Shown here piece after piece: positions 24,755 through 33,553 of a stretch of 37,599 nucleotides of DNA. The stretch is taken from NCBI GenBank assembly GCA_964452635.1, contig CAYVMP010000006.1, positions 1 through 37,599 of the forward strand, in the 5' to 3' direction. The notes under the pieces were generated by a model. It was not told where the DNA came from. It did no database searches and saw only the letters and a list, made by a program, of their open reading frames with translations. Within the stretch, counting starts at the first letter, position 1; every line of letters begins with the position of its first letter. Origin of the DNA: an uncultured Candidatus Saccharibacteria bacterium (GTDB taxonomy: Bacteria; Patescibacteriota; Minisyncoccia; Phycocordibacterales; DATDWN01). Position numbers and translations under genes: made by a program.

Positions 24755-24925
24755 AAAAAATTACAGTAATTTCTTTCTCACCATCTATTTTCTCCAGACC
24801 GCGTCCTCGCCCGGGAGCGAGTCGCTTGCCTCGTCATTCATAAGAAAATGTAAAGTGGAATACCACTAACATTTTCTAAAATGACTGCGAAGTCTTGCAA
24901 AAATAGATGGTTCGACGAAATTATA
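24755..24925. repeat. Structured intergenic element, copy B. The left arm is taatttctttctcaccatctattttctccagac (24767-24799) and the right arm is gtcttgcaaaaatagatggttcgacgaaatta (24892-24923). It has the same architecture as copy A, and the conserved motifs are shared
   Basis: It shares AATTTCTTTCTCACCA, TTGCCTCG, TTTTCTAAA and TTCRACGAAATTA with copy A. The stem positions differ from copy A but remain complementary within copy B. Confidence 0.6.
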
Positions 24926-24943
24926 AAATTACTTGAGTTTGTA

Positions 24944-24976
24944 AAATAAAAAGGTGCCGGTTTCTCGGACACCTTT
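24944..24976 (-). terminator. Intrinsic terminator for the − strand gene 24998-25264 (caaaggtg tccgagaaaccgg cacctt + TTTTT)
   Basis: Hairpin plus T-run on the − strand. Confidence 0.6.
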
Positions 24977-24997
24977 GGAATTCCTAATCTAATATTC

Positions 24998-25264
24998 TTA
25001 AGCAAGTAGTTCTAAAAATTTGTTAACATCAGATATTTTTTGAAATAAAAGTTTTGGTGATGATGGGATATCTGTTCTGTCAATAGTATCCAACCATTTG
25101 TTTAATAGTATTACTGCTTCCGGATGAATTTCTTGGGTTGATCTCTGTGCGCCATCTGTCCGGCTATGGTGATTTTTGGACATATAGATTTTTTCTCCAT
25201 CCCAAGCATTCAAGACTGCGCCAGTGTACGCAGCCATTTCCTCAACCTTTTCTTTGTGTGTCAT
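24998..25264 (-). CDS. Hypothetical protein (88 aa)
   Basis: A good RBS (GGAAGGAG) lies 8 nt upstream of the ATG, and a terminator follows downstream. Confidence 0.5.
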   Translation of the reverse strand: MTHKEKVEEMAAYTGAVLNAWDGEKIYMSKNHHSRTDGAQRSTQEIHPEAVILLNKWLDTIDRTDIPSSPKLLFQKISDVNKFLELLA

Positions 25265-25299
25265 TGTTTTTCTCCTTCCAATTTGATATCATATTTGGG

Positions 25300-26619
25300 A
25301 TGAAACGTCAAGATGTTCTACAACTCATTAAGAAATTTCCAGATGCACCGGGGGTGTATTTCTTTAAACGTGGGGAGGGCTCGGGTAGTGAGATTTTGTA
25401 TATTGGAAAGGCTACATCTCTCCGTGATCGGGTGCGCAGTTATTTCTCCAAAGACATTGGTGAGGTTCGTGGTCCACTCATTACCAAAATGCTCAGTGAG
25501 TTTGGTAGAATCGAGTATACAGAGACAGACTCCGTGCTCGAAGCTCTTATTCTCGAAGCTCATCTCATCAAAAAACACCAACCTCCTGCAAATGTGATGG
25601 AGAAGGATGACAAAAGTTTCAACTTCGTTGTCATTACGAAGGAGGAATTTCCGCGGGTGCTCATTGTGCGTGGACGTGAACTCCTAGTCTCACACCTCTC
25701 ACAGAAACAGGAGGATAAACTTGGCTACGAGATTGCGTATTCATTTGGACCATTTCCAAATGGTATACAACTCAAGGAAGCACTCAAAATAGTGCGAAAG
25801 GTTTTTCCATATCGGGATGAAAAGTGTGTTCCTGCAAGAGAGCAGAAGATAAAGAAAGATCAAAAACCAAAAGCCTGTTTCAATCGTCAGATTGGACTCT
25901 GTCCGGGTGTGTGCACAGGCGAAATATCTGCACAGGAGTACGCACAGCAAATCAAAAATATCGTACTCTTTTTTGAGGGGAATAAAAAACAACTCGTGAG
26001 AGATTTGGAAAAAGAGATGAAGCGTTTTGCGAGTGATCGTCAGTTTGAACGCGCAGGTGAAATTAAACGACAGATATTTGCACTTGGGCACATACAGGAT
26101 GTGTCGCTTATCAAGGAAAATAAAAATCATCTCGCTGGTCGAGGTATTTCGGGCAGGGTAATGCGTATTGAGAGCTATGACATCGCTCACATGTCCGGGC
26201 AGAATGTGGTCGGAGTGATGACTGTAGTTGAGGATGGTGAGGTCAAAAGGAGTGACTACCGAAAATTCAAAATCAAAGATAACCCGGGGGTCAACGATAC
26301 ACGGGCACTTCGAGAAGTGCTCACACGACGGCTCGGGCATACTGAATGGCCACTGCCGACACTCATTGTCGTTGATGGAAGTACGGCACAGCGTAATGCA
26401 GTGAATAAAGTACTGCGAGAACATTTTGCCGACACTCCGGATGGAAAGGGGACGAGTATTCCCGTAGTTTCTGTGGTCAAGGATGAGCGACATCGGGCAC
26501 GAGAGATTCAGGGTGATACTGTGTGGCTCGCATATGAGAAAGACATCCTCCTTTCAAATGCAGAGGCGCATCGGTTTGCGATTGGTTTCCATTCTCGTCT
26601 TCGAGGTAAGATAAAGTAG
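25300..26619 (+). CDS. uvrC: Excinuclease ABC subunit C, short form lacking the C-terminal HhH domain. It starts at MKRQDVLQ and is divergent from the upstream − strand gene
   Basis: The GIY-YIG motif (GVYFFKRGEG...LYIGKATSLRDRV), the UvrBC-interaction region and the RNase H-like endonuclease domain (ESYDIAHMSG) are all present. Confidence 0.9.
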   Translation: MKRQDVLQLIKKFPDAPGVYFFKRGEGSGSEILYIGKATSLRDRVRSYFSKDIGEVRGPLITKMLSEFGRIEYTETDSVLEALILEAHLIKKHQPPANVMEKDDKSFNFVVITKEEFPRVLIVRGRELLVSHLSQKQEDKLGYEIAYSFGPFPNGIQLKEALKIVRKVFPYRDEKCVPAREQKIKKDQKPKACFNRQIGLCPGVCTGEISAQEYAQQIKNIVLFFEGNKKQLVRDLEKEMKRFASDRQFERAGEIKRQIFALGHIQDVSLIKENKNHLAGRGISGRVMRIESYDIAHMSGQNVVGVMTVVEDGEVKRSDYRKFKIKDNPGVNDTRALREVLTRRLGHTEWPLPTLIVVDGSTAQRNAVNKVLREHFADTPDGKGTSIPVVSVVKDERHRAREIQGDTVWLAYEKDILLSNAEAHRFAIGFHSRLRGKIK

Positions 26620-26731
26620 ATTTTTCAAATACTCATAAACAACTCATTTTTTTGAGAATTCTAAAAAATGTTGAAAAATAAAGGCTTTTTGAAATTCATT
26701 CTGATGATTTTGATTTTTCCCTGAAAATTAG

Positions 26732-26760
26732 TTGACAGAAAATACTGGGTGTGCTATCAT
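26732..26760 (+). promoter_or_regulatory. Promoter: −35 TTGACA (26732-26737), 17-nt spacer, −10 TATCAT (26755-26760)
   Basis: Consensus −35 with ideal spacing. Confidence 0.6.
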
Positions 26761-26766
26761 TATTTC

Positions 26767-27010
26767 CAGTGAGCCTCTGCAGGGGACGGTACCAATGTCC
26801 TGCCATTGGTACTGAAGAACAAACAAAAGCAGGTTTGCCGGCTGATCCTGAAGGAATTCCAAGTCTTCTTTTGGGGCATATAAATGTCGGTAATAATAAT
26901 GAGCTTGGGACAAGTGGGTTGCGTCCAAAACGGGGCGCCCAAATGGCGTCAGTGACCCACGGGGTCGGGTAAGTATCGAGTAAATCTCGAAAACTGCCCG
27001 GCCCTTTTTC
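26767..27010 (+). ncRNA. Unidentified ~240-nt structured ncRNA bounded by its own promoter and an intrinsic terminator (ggggtcggg ... cccggccc TTTTT, 26961-27010). It is separate from proS, which has its own promoter after the terminator
   Basis: A 9-bp hairpin, gtaccaatg-tcctgc-cattggtac, lies at 26790-26813. The GGAATTCC palindrome and a GC-rich 3' domain are also present. Overlapping ORFs have no RBS. Confidence 0.45.
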
Positions 27011-27020
27011 ATATCAATTT

Positions 27021-27049
27021 TTGACCGACCATCATTTTTCCTATATCAT
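27021..27049 (+). promoter_or_regulatory. proS promoter: −35 TTGACC, 17-nt spacer, −10 TATCAT (27044-27049). The ATG at 27056 lies ~7 nt downstream, so the mRNA is leaderless or nearly so
   Basis: Based on the spacing of the −10 element to the start codon; no Shine-Dalgarno sequence is present. Confidence 0.5.
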
Positions 27050-27055
27050 GTGGGT

Positions 27056-28309
27056 ATGCGACAATCCCATCTATTTACAAAAACACGCAAGGAAGTGCCT
27101 GCAGATGAGTCAAGTAAAAATGCTCAACTTCTCATCAAGGCAGGCTTTATACATAAAGAAATGGCAGGAGTGTATTCTCTTCTACCACTTGGGTTCACAG
27201 TAGTCCAAAAAATTAAAAAAATCATTGCTGATGAAATGGAAGCACTCGGCTCTCAGGAGATTATCATGTCTACACTTCAGAGTAAGGAAGTGTGGGAGAA
27301 AACCGATCGATGGAGTGATGATAAAGTGGATGTGTGGTTTAAATCGAAATTGAAAAATGACACCGAAGTTGGTTTCGGATGGTCGCATGAGGAGCCGATT
27401 ACCTCGATGATGACATCACACATTGCAAGCTACCACGACCTTCCACGTGTCGTGCATCAATTCCAAAACAAACTTCGCAACGAAACACGTGCGAAGAGTG
27501 GCATCATGCGATGTCGAGAGTTTGTCATGAAGGATATGTACTCCTACTCACAGGATGAAGCACAGCACATGGATTTCTATACAAAAGCCACTCAGGCATA
27601 TCTCACGGTGTTCAAACGTGTCGGTCTTGGAGATATTACATTTGTAACATCTGCATCGGGTGGAGTGTTTACTGATAAATTTAGTCACGAATTTCAGACG
27701 CTCTGCGAGGCTGGTGAAGACAATATATATGTACACACAGACGGTGTGATTGCTCTTAACGAGGAAATTTTTAATGATGAAACTCTCTCAAAAATGGGAA
27801 TGCAGAAATCTGATTTTGAAATGAAGAAAGCGGCTGAAGTTGGAAATATTTTTACATTTGGAACGAAAAAGTGTCAGGAGCTTGATCTCTACTATACAAA
27901 TGAGGCGGGTGAGAAAACCCCAGTATTTCTGGGCTCCTATGGTATTGGTGTCACTCGTCTCATGGGAGTGATTGCAGAAGTGTGTTCGGATGAAAAGGGG
28001 TTGATGTGGCCAACAGAGGTCGCTCCATTCGCTGTGCATCTTGTTCGTCTTGGAAATTCACCGGAGACACTCGCTGAGGCGGATGCACTGTATGCGAGTC
28101 TCCGTAAACAATCAATTGAAGTGCTCTATGACGATCGTGATATGCGACCAGGGGAAAAGTTTGCTGACGCGGATCTCATCGGTATCCCGATTCGTCTCGT
28201 TGTGTCTGACAAAACAGTCGCACAGAATAAAGTCGAGATGAAATACCGATCGAGTACCGAGTCCGAGTTGGTGAGTGTAGAGGAGGTGATGAAGGTGGTA
28301 ATAAATTAA
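27056..28309 (+). CDS. proS: Proline--tRNA ligase, bacterial type lacking the INS editing domain
   Basis: MRQSHLF...EVPADE...GVYSLLPLGF is the conserved N-terminus. The class II motifs are present and the length of 417 aa means no insertion domain. Confidence 0.9.
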   Translation: MRQSHLFTKTRKEVPADESSKNAQLLIKAGFIHKEMAGVYSLLPLGFTVVQKIKKIIADEMEALGSQEIIMSTLQSKEVWEKTDRWSDDKVDVWFKSKLKNDTEVGFGWSHEEPITSMMTSHIASYHDLPRVVHQFQNKLRNETRAKSGIMRCREFVMKDMYSYSQDEAQHMDFYTKATQAYLTVFKRVGLGDITFVTSASGGVFTDKFSHEFQTLCEAGEDNIYVHTDGVIALNEEIFNDETLSKMGMQKSDFEMKKAAEVGNIFTFGTKKCQELDLYYTNEAGEKTPVFLGSYGIGVTRLMGVIAEVCSDEKGLMWPTEVAPFAVHLVRLGNSPETLAEADALYASLRKQSIEVLYDDRDMRPGEKFADADLIGIPIRLVVSDKTVAQNKVEMKYRSSTESELVSVEEVMKVVIN

Positions 28310-28575
28310 TTTCTAAAATCCTCCACCACAGTGGAATTTTCAGAGACCCCGGAGGTAATTAGGAAACAACGACGAACGAGAAGAAGCGCGAAGCACTGTT
28401 TGACGAAGTCGTACTCGACGAGGAGTTTGCGAAAGCGCTCTGGAGTGAGGACGATTGTTTCCTTGATTACCGAGGAAGAGCAATTCGTGACCACACGAAT
28501 ATGCGTGCTCTGAAAATAACACTGTGATGGAGGATCTGTAATACGGTTTTGTAGTGTGTGTTAATATATCAAATA

Positions 28576-29637
28576 ATGATAAAATCTTTTGAACAATTCA
28601 AACGCCTTCTCTCTCACGATATCGGTATCGATCTTGGTACTGCAAACACACTCGTGTATGTTGCTGGACGCGGTATTGTGCTCAACGAACCATCTGTGGT
28701 TGCGGTTAATCAGAAAACAGGTCAAGTGGTCGCGGTTGGCAATGATGCAAAACAAATGCTCGGTCGCACTCCGTCACACATCGTTGCGATACGTCCTCTT
28801 GTGGATGGTGTTATTTCTGACTTCGAAGTGACCGAAGAGATGATCACGTATCTTCTCAATAAGGCTCAAAAAGATAATAAAAAGCTACTTGGTCCACGAG
28901 TTGTGGTTGGTGTACCATCTGGTATTACTAATGTAGAAACACGTGCGGTACGAGATGCAACTCGAAATGCTGGAGCGAGTGAAGTTCACATTGTCGAAGA
29001 GCCCATCGCTGCGGCAATCGGGATTCGTCTGCCGATTATGGATCCTGTGGGAAGTATGGTGATTGATATTGGTGGAGGGACGACTGACATTGCGGTAATT
29101 TCTCTTGGTGGTGTGGTACGGTCAAAAAATCTTCATATTGCGGGTGATAAACTGAACAATGACATCATTGCGTACATGCGAAGTGAATTCAAAATTCTCA
29201 TTGGTGAAAAAACAGCAGAACGTATTAAAATATCCATAGGGTCTCTGCATCTCGATCAGGAACCTCTTGAGGAGAGAGTTAAGGGACGAGATTTAATATC
29301 GGGCTTGCCTCGTGAGGTTGTGGTTACAGACTCTGATATTAGAGAAGCTATTTCTCAATCAATACACACACTCGTCGAGTCAGTCAAAGAGGTTTTGGAA
29401 ACGACTCCACCAGAAGTACTCGCCGATGTTATGAATCGAGGAATATATTTAGTTGGCGGTGGAGCACTCATTCGTGGTCTCTCAGAGATTATTGCGGATT
29501 ATACAAAAATCGCTGTACACATAGCACTTGAACCACTTACTGCTGTCTGTCGAGGTACAGGTATTATTTTGGAACATATGGATGTATATCGTGATGTTTT
29601 AATTGCACATGAAAATGAACTTCCCCCAAAAAAATAA
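28576..29637 (+). CDS. mreB: Rod shape-determining protein MreB
   Basis: The actin-like ATPase motifs are present (IGIDLGTANTLVYV, DIGGGTTDIAVIS). Confidence 0.95.
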   Translation: MIKSFEQFKRLLSHDIGIDLGTANTLVYVAGRGIVLNEPSVVAVNQKTGQVVAVGNDAKQMLGRTPSHIVAIRPLVDGVISDFEVTEEMITYLLNKAQKDNKKLLGPRVVVGVPSGITNVETRAVRDATRNAGASEVHIVEEPIAAAIGIRLPIMDPVGSMVIDIGGGTTDIAVISLGGVVRSKNLHIAGDKLNNDIIAYMRSEFKILIGEKTAERIKISIGSLHLDQEPLEERVKGRDLISGLPREVVVTDSDIREAISQSIHTLVESVKEVLETTPPEVLADVMNRGIYLVGGGALIRGLSEIIADYTKIAVHIALEPLTAVCRGTGIILEHMDVYRDVLIAHENELPPKK

Positions 29638-30415
29638 ACGCACATCAGACACAACAAAGAAAATGCTTCTCGTTGGAGTGTTTTTTGTATGTTTGAGTGT
29701 TGTTGTTTTCTTTTTCTCTTCATCAATGCAGAGTGTGATAAGAGGAGTTGCTCGTCCACTGTGGTATGTGCGTGATTCAGTTGTCTCACATGTCATTTCT
29801 GTCGGTAATTATTTTGTATTTAAAGGTACACTGATTAAGAAAAATACTGAATTGACTGATACAATAACAGCACTCGAACTTAAGGTTCAGGATTACGATA
29901 CTTTAGCCAAGGAAAACCAAGAATTAAAATCATTGTATGGTGGCGGTGCAACATCGACACTATCATCGCACAGAATCAGTGCGCGAGTTATTTCAAAACC
30001 TCCGTACTCTCCGTTCGATACCTTTGTGCTTGATGCTGGATCCGGTGAAGGACTTGTTGTCGGTGCGCGAGTGTATGTATCCGACACTGTACTTATCGGT
30101 CTCGTTACAGATGTGACATCGCACACATCACTTGTTACTCTATTTTCTTCTAACAGTCAAAAAGTTCGTACCGAATTGTCACGAACAGGAATGATGTACG
30201 AGCTGTCTGGTTCTGGTGGTGCAAATATGACACTTACTGTTCCTAAGGATACTGATATCGTATGGGGAGATGTCTTCATGTATTCAGGGAAATATGCGAG
30301 TACTATCGGAAGTGTTTTCTATATTGATGAGACATCGCAAGGATCATTTAAAACTGTCTACATACGAATGCCACAGAATGTGTTCTCTTCAAAGTGGGTT
30401 ATGATTGAAAAATAG
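29609..30415 (+). CDS. mreC: Rod shape-determining protein MreC
   Basis: It has an N-terminal TM segment, a coiled coil and a beta-rich C-terminal domain, sits immediately after mreB, and overlaps the mreB stop. Confidence 0.75.
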   Translation: MKMNFPQKNKRTSDTTKKMLLVGVFFVCLSVVVFFFSSSMQSVIRGVARPLWYVRDSVVSHVISVGNYFVFKGTLIKKNTELTDTITALELKVQDYDTLAKENQELKSLYGGGATSTLSSHRISARVISKPPYSPFDTFVLDAGSGEGLVVGARVYVSDTVLIGLVTDVTSHTSLVTLFSSNSQKVRTELSRTGMMYELSGSGGANMTLTVPKDTDIVWGDVFMYSGKYASTIGSVFYIDETSQGSFKTVYIRMPQNVFSSKWVMIEK

Positions 30416-30461
30416 AGAAATGAAATAAGTCACACAGAGTTTGTGATACTATTGTACCAAT

Positions 30462-30716
30462 ATGGGAAAACCTCTTTTTCGTTTTATATATAGTATATGC
30501 GTGTTCCTTTCGGTCTGTGTATTACCGTGGTGGATTTCTGTTCTTATTGTAGGTGTCTCTATATTCATATTTCCTGTGTATATCGAAGCTATTGTATGTG
30601 CACTTCTCTACGACGCACTCTATTCACCATATTTTTCTCTGTACAGTAGAAACGGTATACTTGTAACAGTATTTTTGATACTCACGATATACGCAAAAAC
30701 ATTTATTCGAAGATAA
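30462..30716 (+). CDS. MreD-like small polytopic membrane protein, by its position between mreC and mrdA; much shorter than typical MreD
   Basis: The 84-aa protein is hydrophobic with 3 predicted TM segments; the call rests on conserved gene order. Confidence 0.5.
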   Translation: MGKPLFRFIYSICVFLSVCVLPWWISVLIVGVSIFIFPVYIEAIVCALLYDALYSPYFSLYSRNGILVTVFLILTIYAKTFIRR

Positions 30717-30718
30717 CT

Positions 30719-32422
30719 ATGTTGCAAAAAATCACTCAATTTTTCAGAAGAAGTACTCGGCAAAAATACTCTCCGATTGATCCGGATGAGATTTTTCTCG
30801 ATTCAAAAAATCTACCAGATTTTAATGTACATCAATTTGAAGGAAGATTGGAAAAACCAATATCCTCTCAGGTATTTGGGGGGGTTGCTCTCTGCATGTT
30901 GTTAATCGCATCTATATTTACGTGGAAAATATGGCATCTGCAGATTGTTGATGGAGAGACATACACACAGAGAAGTCAGAATAATAGTCTCCATATGACA
31001 AGAATATTTGCAGATCGAGGATTGATTGTAGATAGAAATAATATTCCACTCGCATGGAATGAATTAAATACAGGAACGACTACTGACTTTTCTCTTCGTG
31101 CGTATGCGACATCGACAGGATTTTCTACAACTCTCGGATACATTAAGTATCCATCCAAAGACTCCTCTGGATTTTATTATCAAGATACATTTGATCCCAA
31201 AGATGGGCTGGAAAAAATATATAATGATGTATTGCATGGATCCACAGGCAGAAAAATCGAAGAAGTTGATGTGAAAGGAAATATTATTTCTGAAAGTGTG
31301 ATTGAACCACCACAGTCTGGAGAAAATGTGGTACTGAGTATAGATAGTAGAGTTCAAAAAAGACTCTATGAGTCAATGCTTGATATTGCCGGACGTGCGG
31401 GGTACAAAGGTGGAGCGGGAGTAATCATGGATGTCACTACAGGTGAAATACTTGCGAGTGCGAATTTTCCTGAATATGAATCCGGTGTTCTCACTGATGG
31501 TACTGATAGGGATAAAATAAATACGTGGATTAAAAGTAAAAATAATCCGTTTATGAATCGGGTGGTTGATGGACTCTATACGCCGGGTTCCATTGTTAAG
31601 CCGTTTGTCGCAATGGGTGTACTTGATCAGGGAGTGATTGATCCACGAACTCAGATCCTTTCGACGGGTTCTATATCTGTACCAAACCCATATGCTCCAG
31701 ATAAACCATCTATTTTTATGGATTGGAAAGCACATGGTCTTGTGGATTTGCGACGAGCATTGGCTGTATCATCAAACGTGTATTTCTATGAGGTTACTGG
31801 CGGGTACAAAGGCCAAAAGGGTATTGGGATTTATAATATAGAAAAATACGTGCGTATGTTTGGGTTCGGGACGACCACGGGAATTAATTTCCCCGGAGAG
31901 AAGAAGGGAATCATTCCTGATCCAGAATGGAAATCAGCAACGTTTGATGGTGAACCGTGGCGACTGGGAGATACGTATAACACCGCAATCGGTCAGTATG
32001 GTTTTCAAGTGACACCAATTCAAGTTGTGCGTTCGGTTAGTGCGATTGCAAATGGGGGAACGCTTCTCGTACCGACTTTTATCAAAGGATCACCCACTAC
32101 AGTTTCAGGGAAAGTGTCACTGAGTCCGTCCTACTACACAATCGTGAAAGAGGGAATGCGACTTGGTGTGACCGAGGGAACATCTCAACCACTTCATGTG
32201 CCATTTGTTGAGGTTGCAGCGAAGACTGGTACTGCACAGCTTGGTGTTACTAAAGATGAAGTGAACTCGTGGGTTGTGGGATTTTGGCCGTATGAACATC
32301 CACGATATGCCTTTGCAATCGTGATGGAGCGTGGTTCAAAAAACAATCAGTTTAGCTCGACCTTAGTAATGAAAGGACTTTTGGATTGGATGGGGGTGTA
32401 TGCCCCAGAGTACTTGAAATAA
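30719..32422 (+). CDS. mrdA: Penicillin-binding protein 2 (elongasome transpeptidase)
   Basis: SxxK (GSIVKPF), SxN (SSN) and KTG (KTGTA) motifs are present, with an N-terminal TM segment, directly downstream of mreBCD. Confidence 0.9.
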   Translation: MLQKITQFFRRSTRQKYSPIDPDEIFLDSKNLPDFNVHQFEGRLEKPISSQVFGGVALCMLLIASIFTWKIWHLQIVDGETYTQRSQNNSLHMTRIFADRGLIVDRNNIPLAWNELNTGTTTDFSLRAYATSTGFSTTLGYIKYPSKDSSGFYYQDTFDPKDGLEKIYNDVLHGSTGRKIEEVDVKGNIISESVIEPPQSGENVVLSIDSRVQKRLYESMLDIAGRAGYKGGAGVIMDVTTGEILASANFPEYESGVLTDGTDRDKINTWIKSKNNPFMNRVVDGLYTPGSIVKPFVAMGVLDQGVIDPRTQILSTGSISVPNPYAPDKPSIFMDWKAHGLVDLRRALAVSSNVYFYEVTGGYKGQKGIGIYNIEKYVRMFGFGTTTGINFPGEKKGIIPDPEWKSATFDGEPWRLGDTYNTAIGQYGFQVTPIQVVRSVSAIANGGTLLVPTFIKGSPTTVSGKVSLSPSYYTIVKEGMRLGVTEGTSQPLHVPFVEVAAKTGTAQLGVTKDEVNSWVVGFWPYEHPRYAFAIVMERGSKNNQFSSTLVMKGLLDWMGVYAPEYLK

Positions 32423-32460
32423 TATATTTTTGTGGTAGTGTGGGTAACGGAGGTGCGTGC

Positions 32461-32889
32461 ATGAAAAGGATAGAAGGTCGTCTCAGTAGAGAGTGTGAGA
32501 TGGCACTACAAATCGCTGAAAGTGTTGCGAAATCAAATGCCTCGGAAATTGATCCTGAGCATATTATGTGGGGATTGGTGTATCTTTTAGAAGATTATTT
32601 TCGTCGGGAACTTGAATTGTTCGATAAGTTCGATATTCTCAAGGAACGCATGAGGAGTGTAATGACTTCCGGGGACGTTTTACCGGAAGACATGAGATTT
32701 TCTAATACCTCAATGATAGTTATTGGTGAGACAAGAAAATTCTTACCAGAGAGTCTACCGGTGATGAACTGTGTAAATTTGTTATATGGCTTGATGGTGA
32801 CGCTTGAGGATTATAAGAATCTTTTGGCCGAATTTGATGTCACACCGGAAAAGGTCAAGATGACTCGGCCACTTTTTTTTAACACATAA
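32461..32889 (+). CDS. Clp N-terminal-domain-like protein (standalone double Clp_N repeat)
   Basis: An RBS (GGAGG) lies 7 nt upstream. LSRECEMALQIAESVAKSNASEIDPEHIMWGLV resembles the Clp_N repeat. Confidence 0.5.
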   Translation: MKRIEGRLSRECEMALQIAESVAKSNASEIDPEHIMWGLVYLLEDYFRRELELFDKFDILKERMRSVMTSGDVLPEDMRFSNTSMIVIGETRKFLPESLPVMNCVNLLYGLMVTLEDYKNLLAEFDVTPEKVKMTRPLFFNT

Positions 32890-32900
32890 GTTTCTGTCGA

Positions 32901-32936
32901 AGGTCTTGCGATGTAACGCCAGACCTTTTGTTTTTA
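32901..32936 (+). terminator. Intrinsic terminator (aggtct tgcgatgtaacgcc agacct + TTTTGTTTTT)
   Basis: Stem-loop plus T-run. Confidence 0.65.
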
Positions 32937-33021
32937 TTGCAAAACTTCAATCCATTGACCTGCTGGTATTTTTGGGATATGATAGCAATACTCATTTTAC
33001 AATTATTTTAACTGAAAACCT

Positions 33022-33483
33022 ATGGATCAAAAGGAATATTTGACTCAAGAAAAGTTTGATGAATTTAAAGCAGAACTGGCAGAACTCAAGGGTACACGCC
33101 GAAAGGAGGTTGCAGAAAACCTCGAGTATGCAAAAGCACTCGGAGATTTGTCAGAAAACGCTGAGTACCATGAAGCACGAGATTTGCAGGCAACTGTCGA
33201 GGATCGTATCGCATATCTAGAGTCTCTACTCAAAACAGCATCAATCGTATCTTCTCAGCACACTGGATCATCAGCAAACATCGGATCGGTTGTTACTGTA
33301 AAAAAGGATGACAAAACATTTGTTTACACAATCGTTGGCTCAGAGGAATCAGATGTGTTGAATAATAAAATCTCAATCCGATCTCCTTTTGGTCAGGCTA
33401 TTCTCGGTAAGAAAAAAGGTGATACATTTTCCTACAAAGCTCCAAACGGTGAGCTGACATATCAAGTAATGGATATTAAATAA
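33022..33483 (+). CDS. greA: Transcription elongation factor GreA
   Basis: An N-terminal coiled coil (LGDLSENAEYHEARD) and a C-terminal FKBP-like domain. Confidence 0.9.
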   Translation: MDQKEYLTQEKFDEFKAELAELKGTRRKEVAENLEYAKALGDLSENAEYHEARDLQATVEDRIAYLESLLKTASIVSSQHTGSSANIGSVVTVKKDDKTFVYTIVGSEESDVLNNKISIRSPFGQAILGKKKGDTFSYKAPNGELTYQVMDIK

Positions 33484-33490
33484 AAAACAA

Positions 33491-33520
33491 AAAATACCTT
33501 GAAAAAGGTATTTTTTGTTT
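33491..33520 (+). terminator. greA terminator (aaaatacctt gaaa aaggtatttt + TTGTTT)
   Basis: A perfect 10-bp stem followed by a T-run. Confidence 0.7.
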
Positions 33521-33553
33521 ACTTGTTTGTGTAAAAATGTTACTATTCATCTC

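Noticed and set aside
26767-27010. SRP (4.5S/scRNA) RNA, on the basis of GAUCCUGAAGGAAUUCCAAG, which resembles the helix-8 CCGGAAGGAAGCAGCC motif
   Set aside because: The universally conserved AGCAGC portion and the GNRA-tetraloop context are missing. The match is limited to GAAGGAA and is probably a chance resemblance. The T-box idea was also dropped, because proS has an independent promoter downstream of the terminator.
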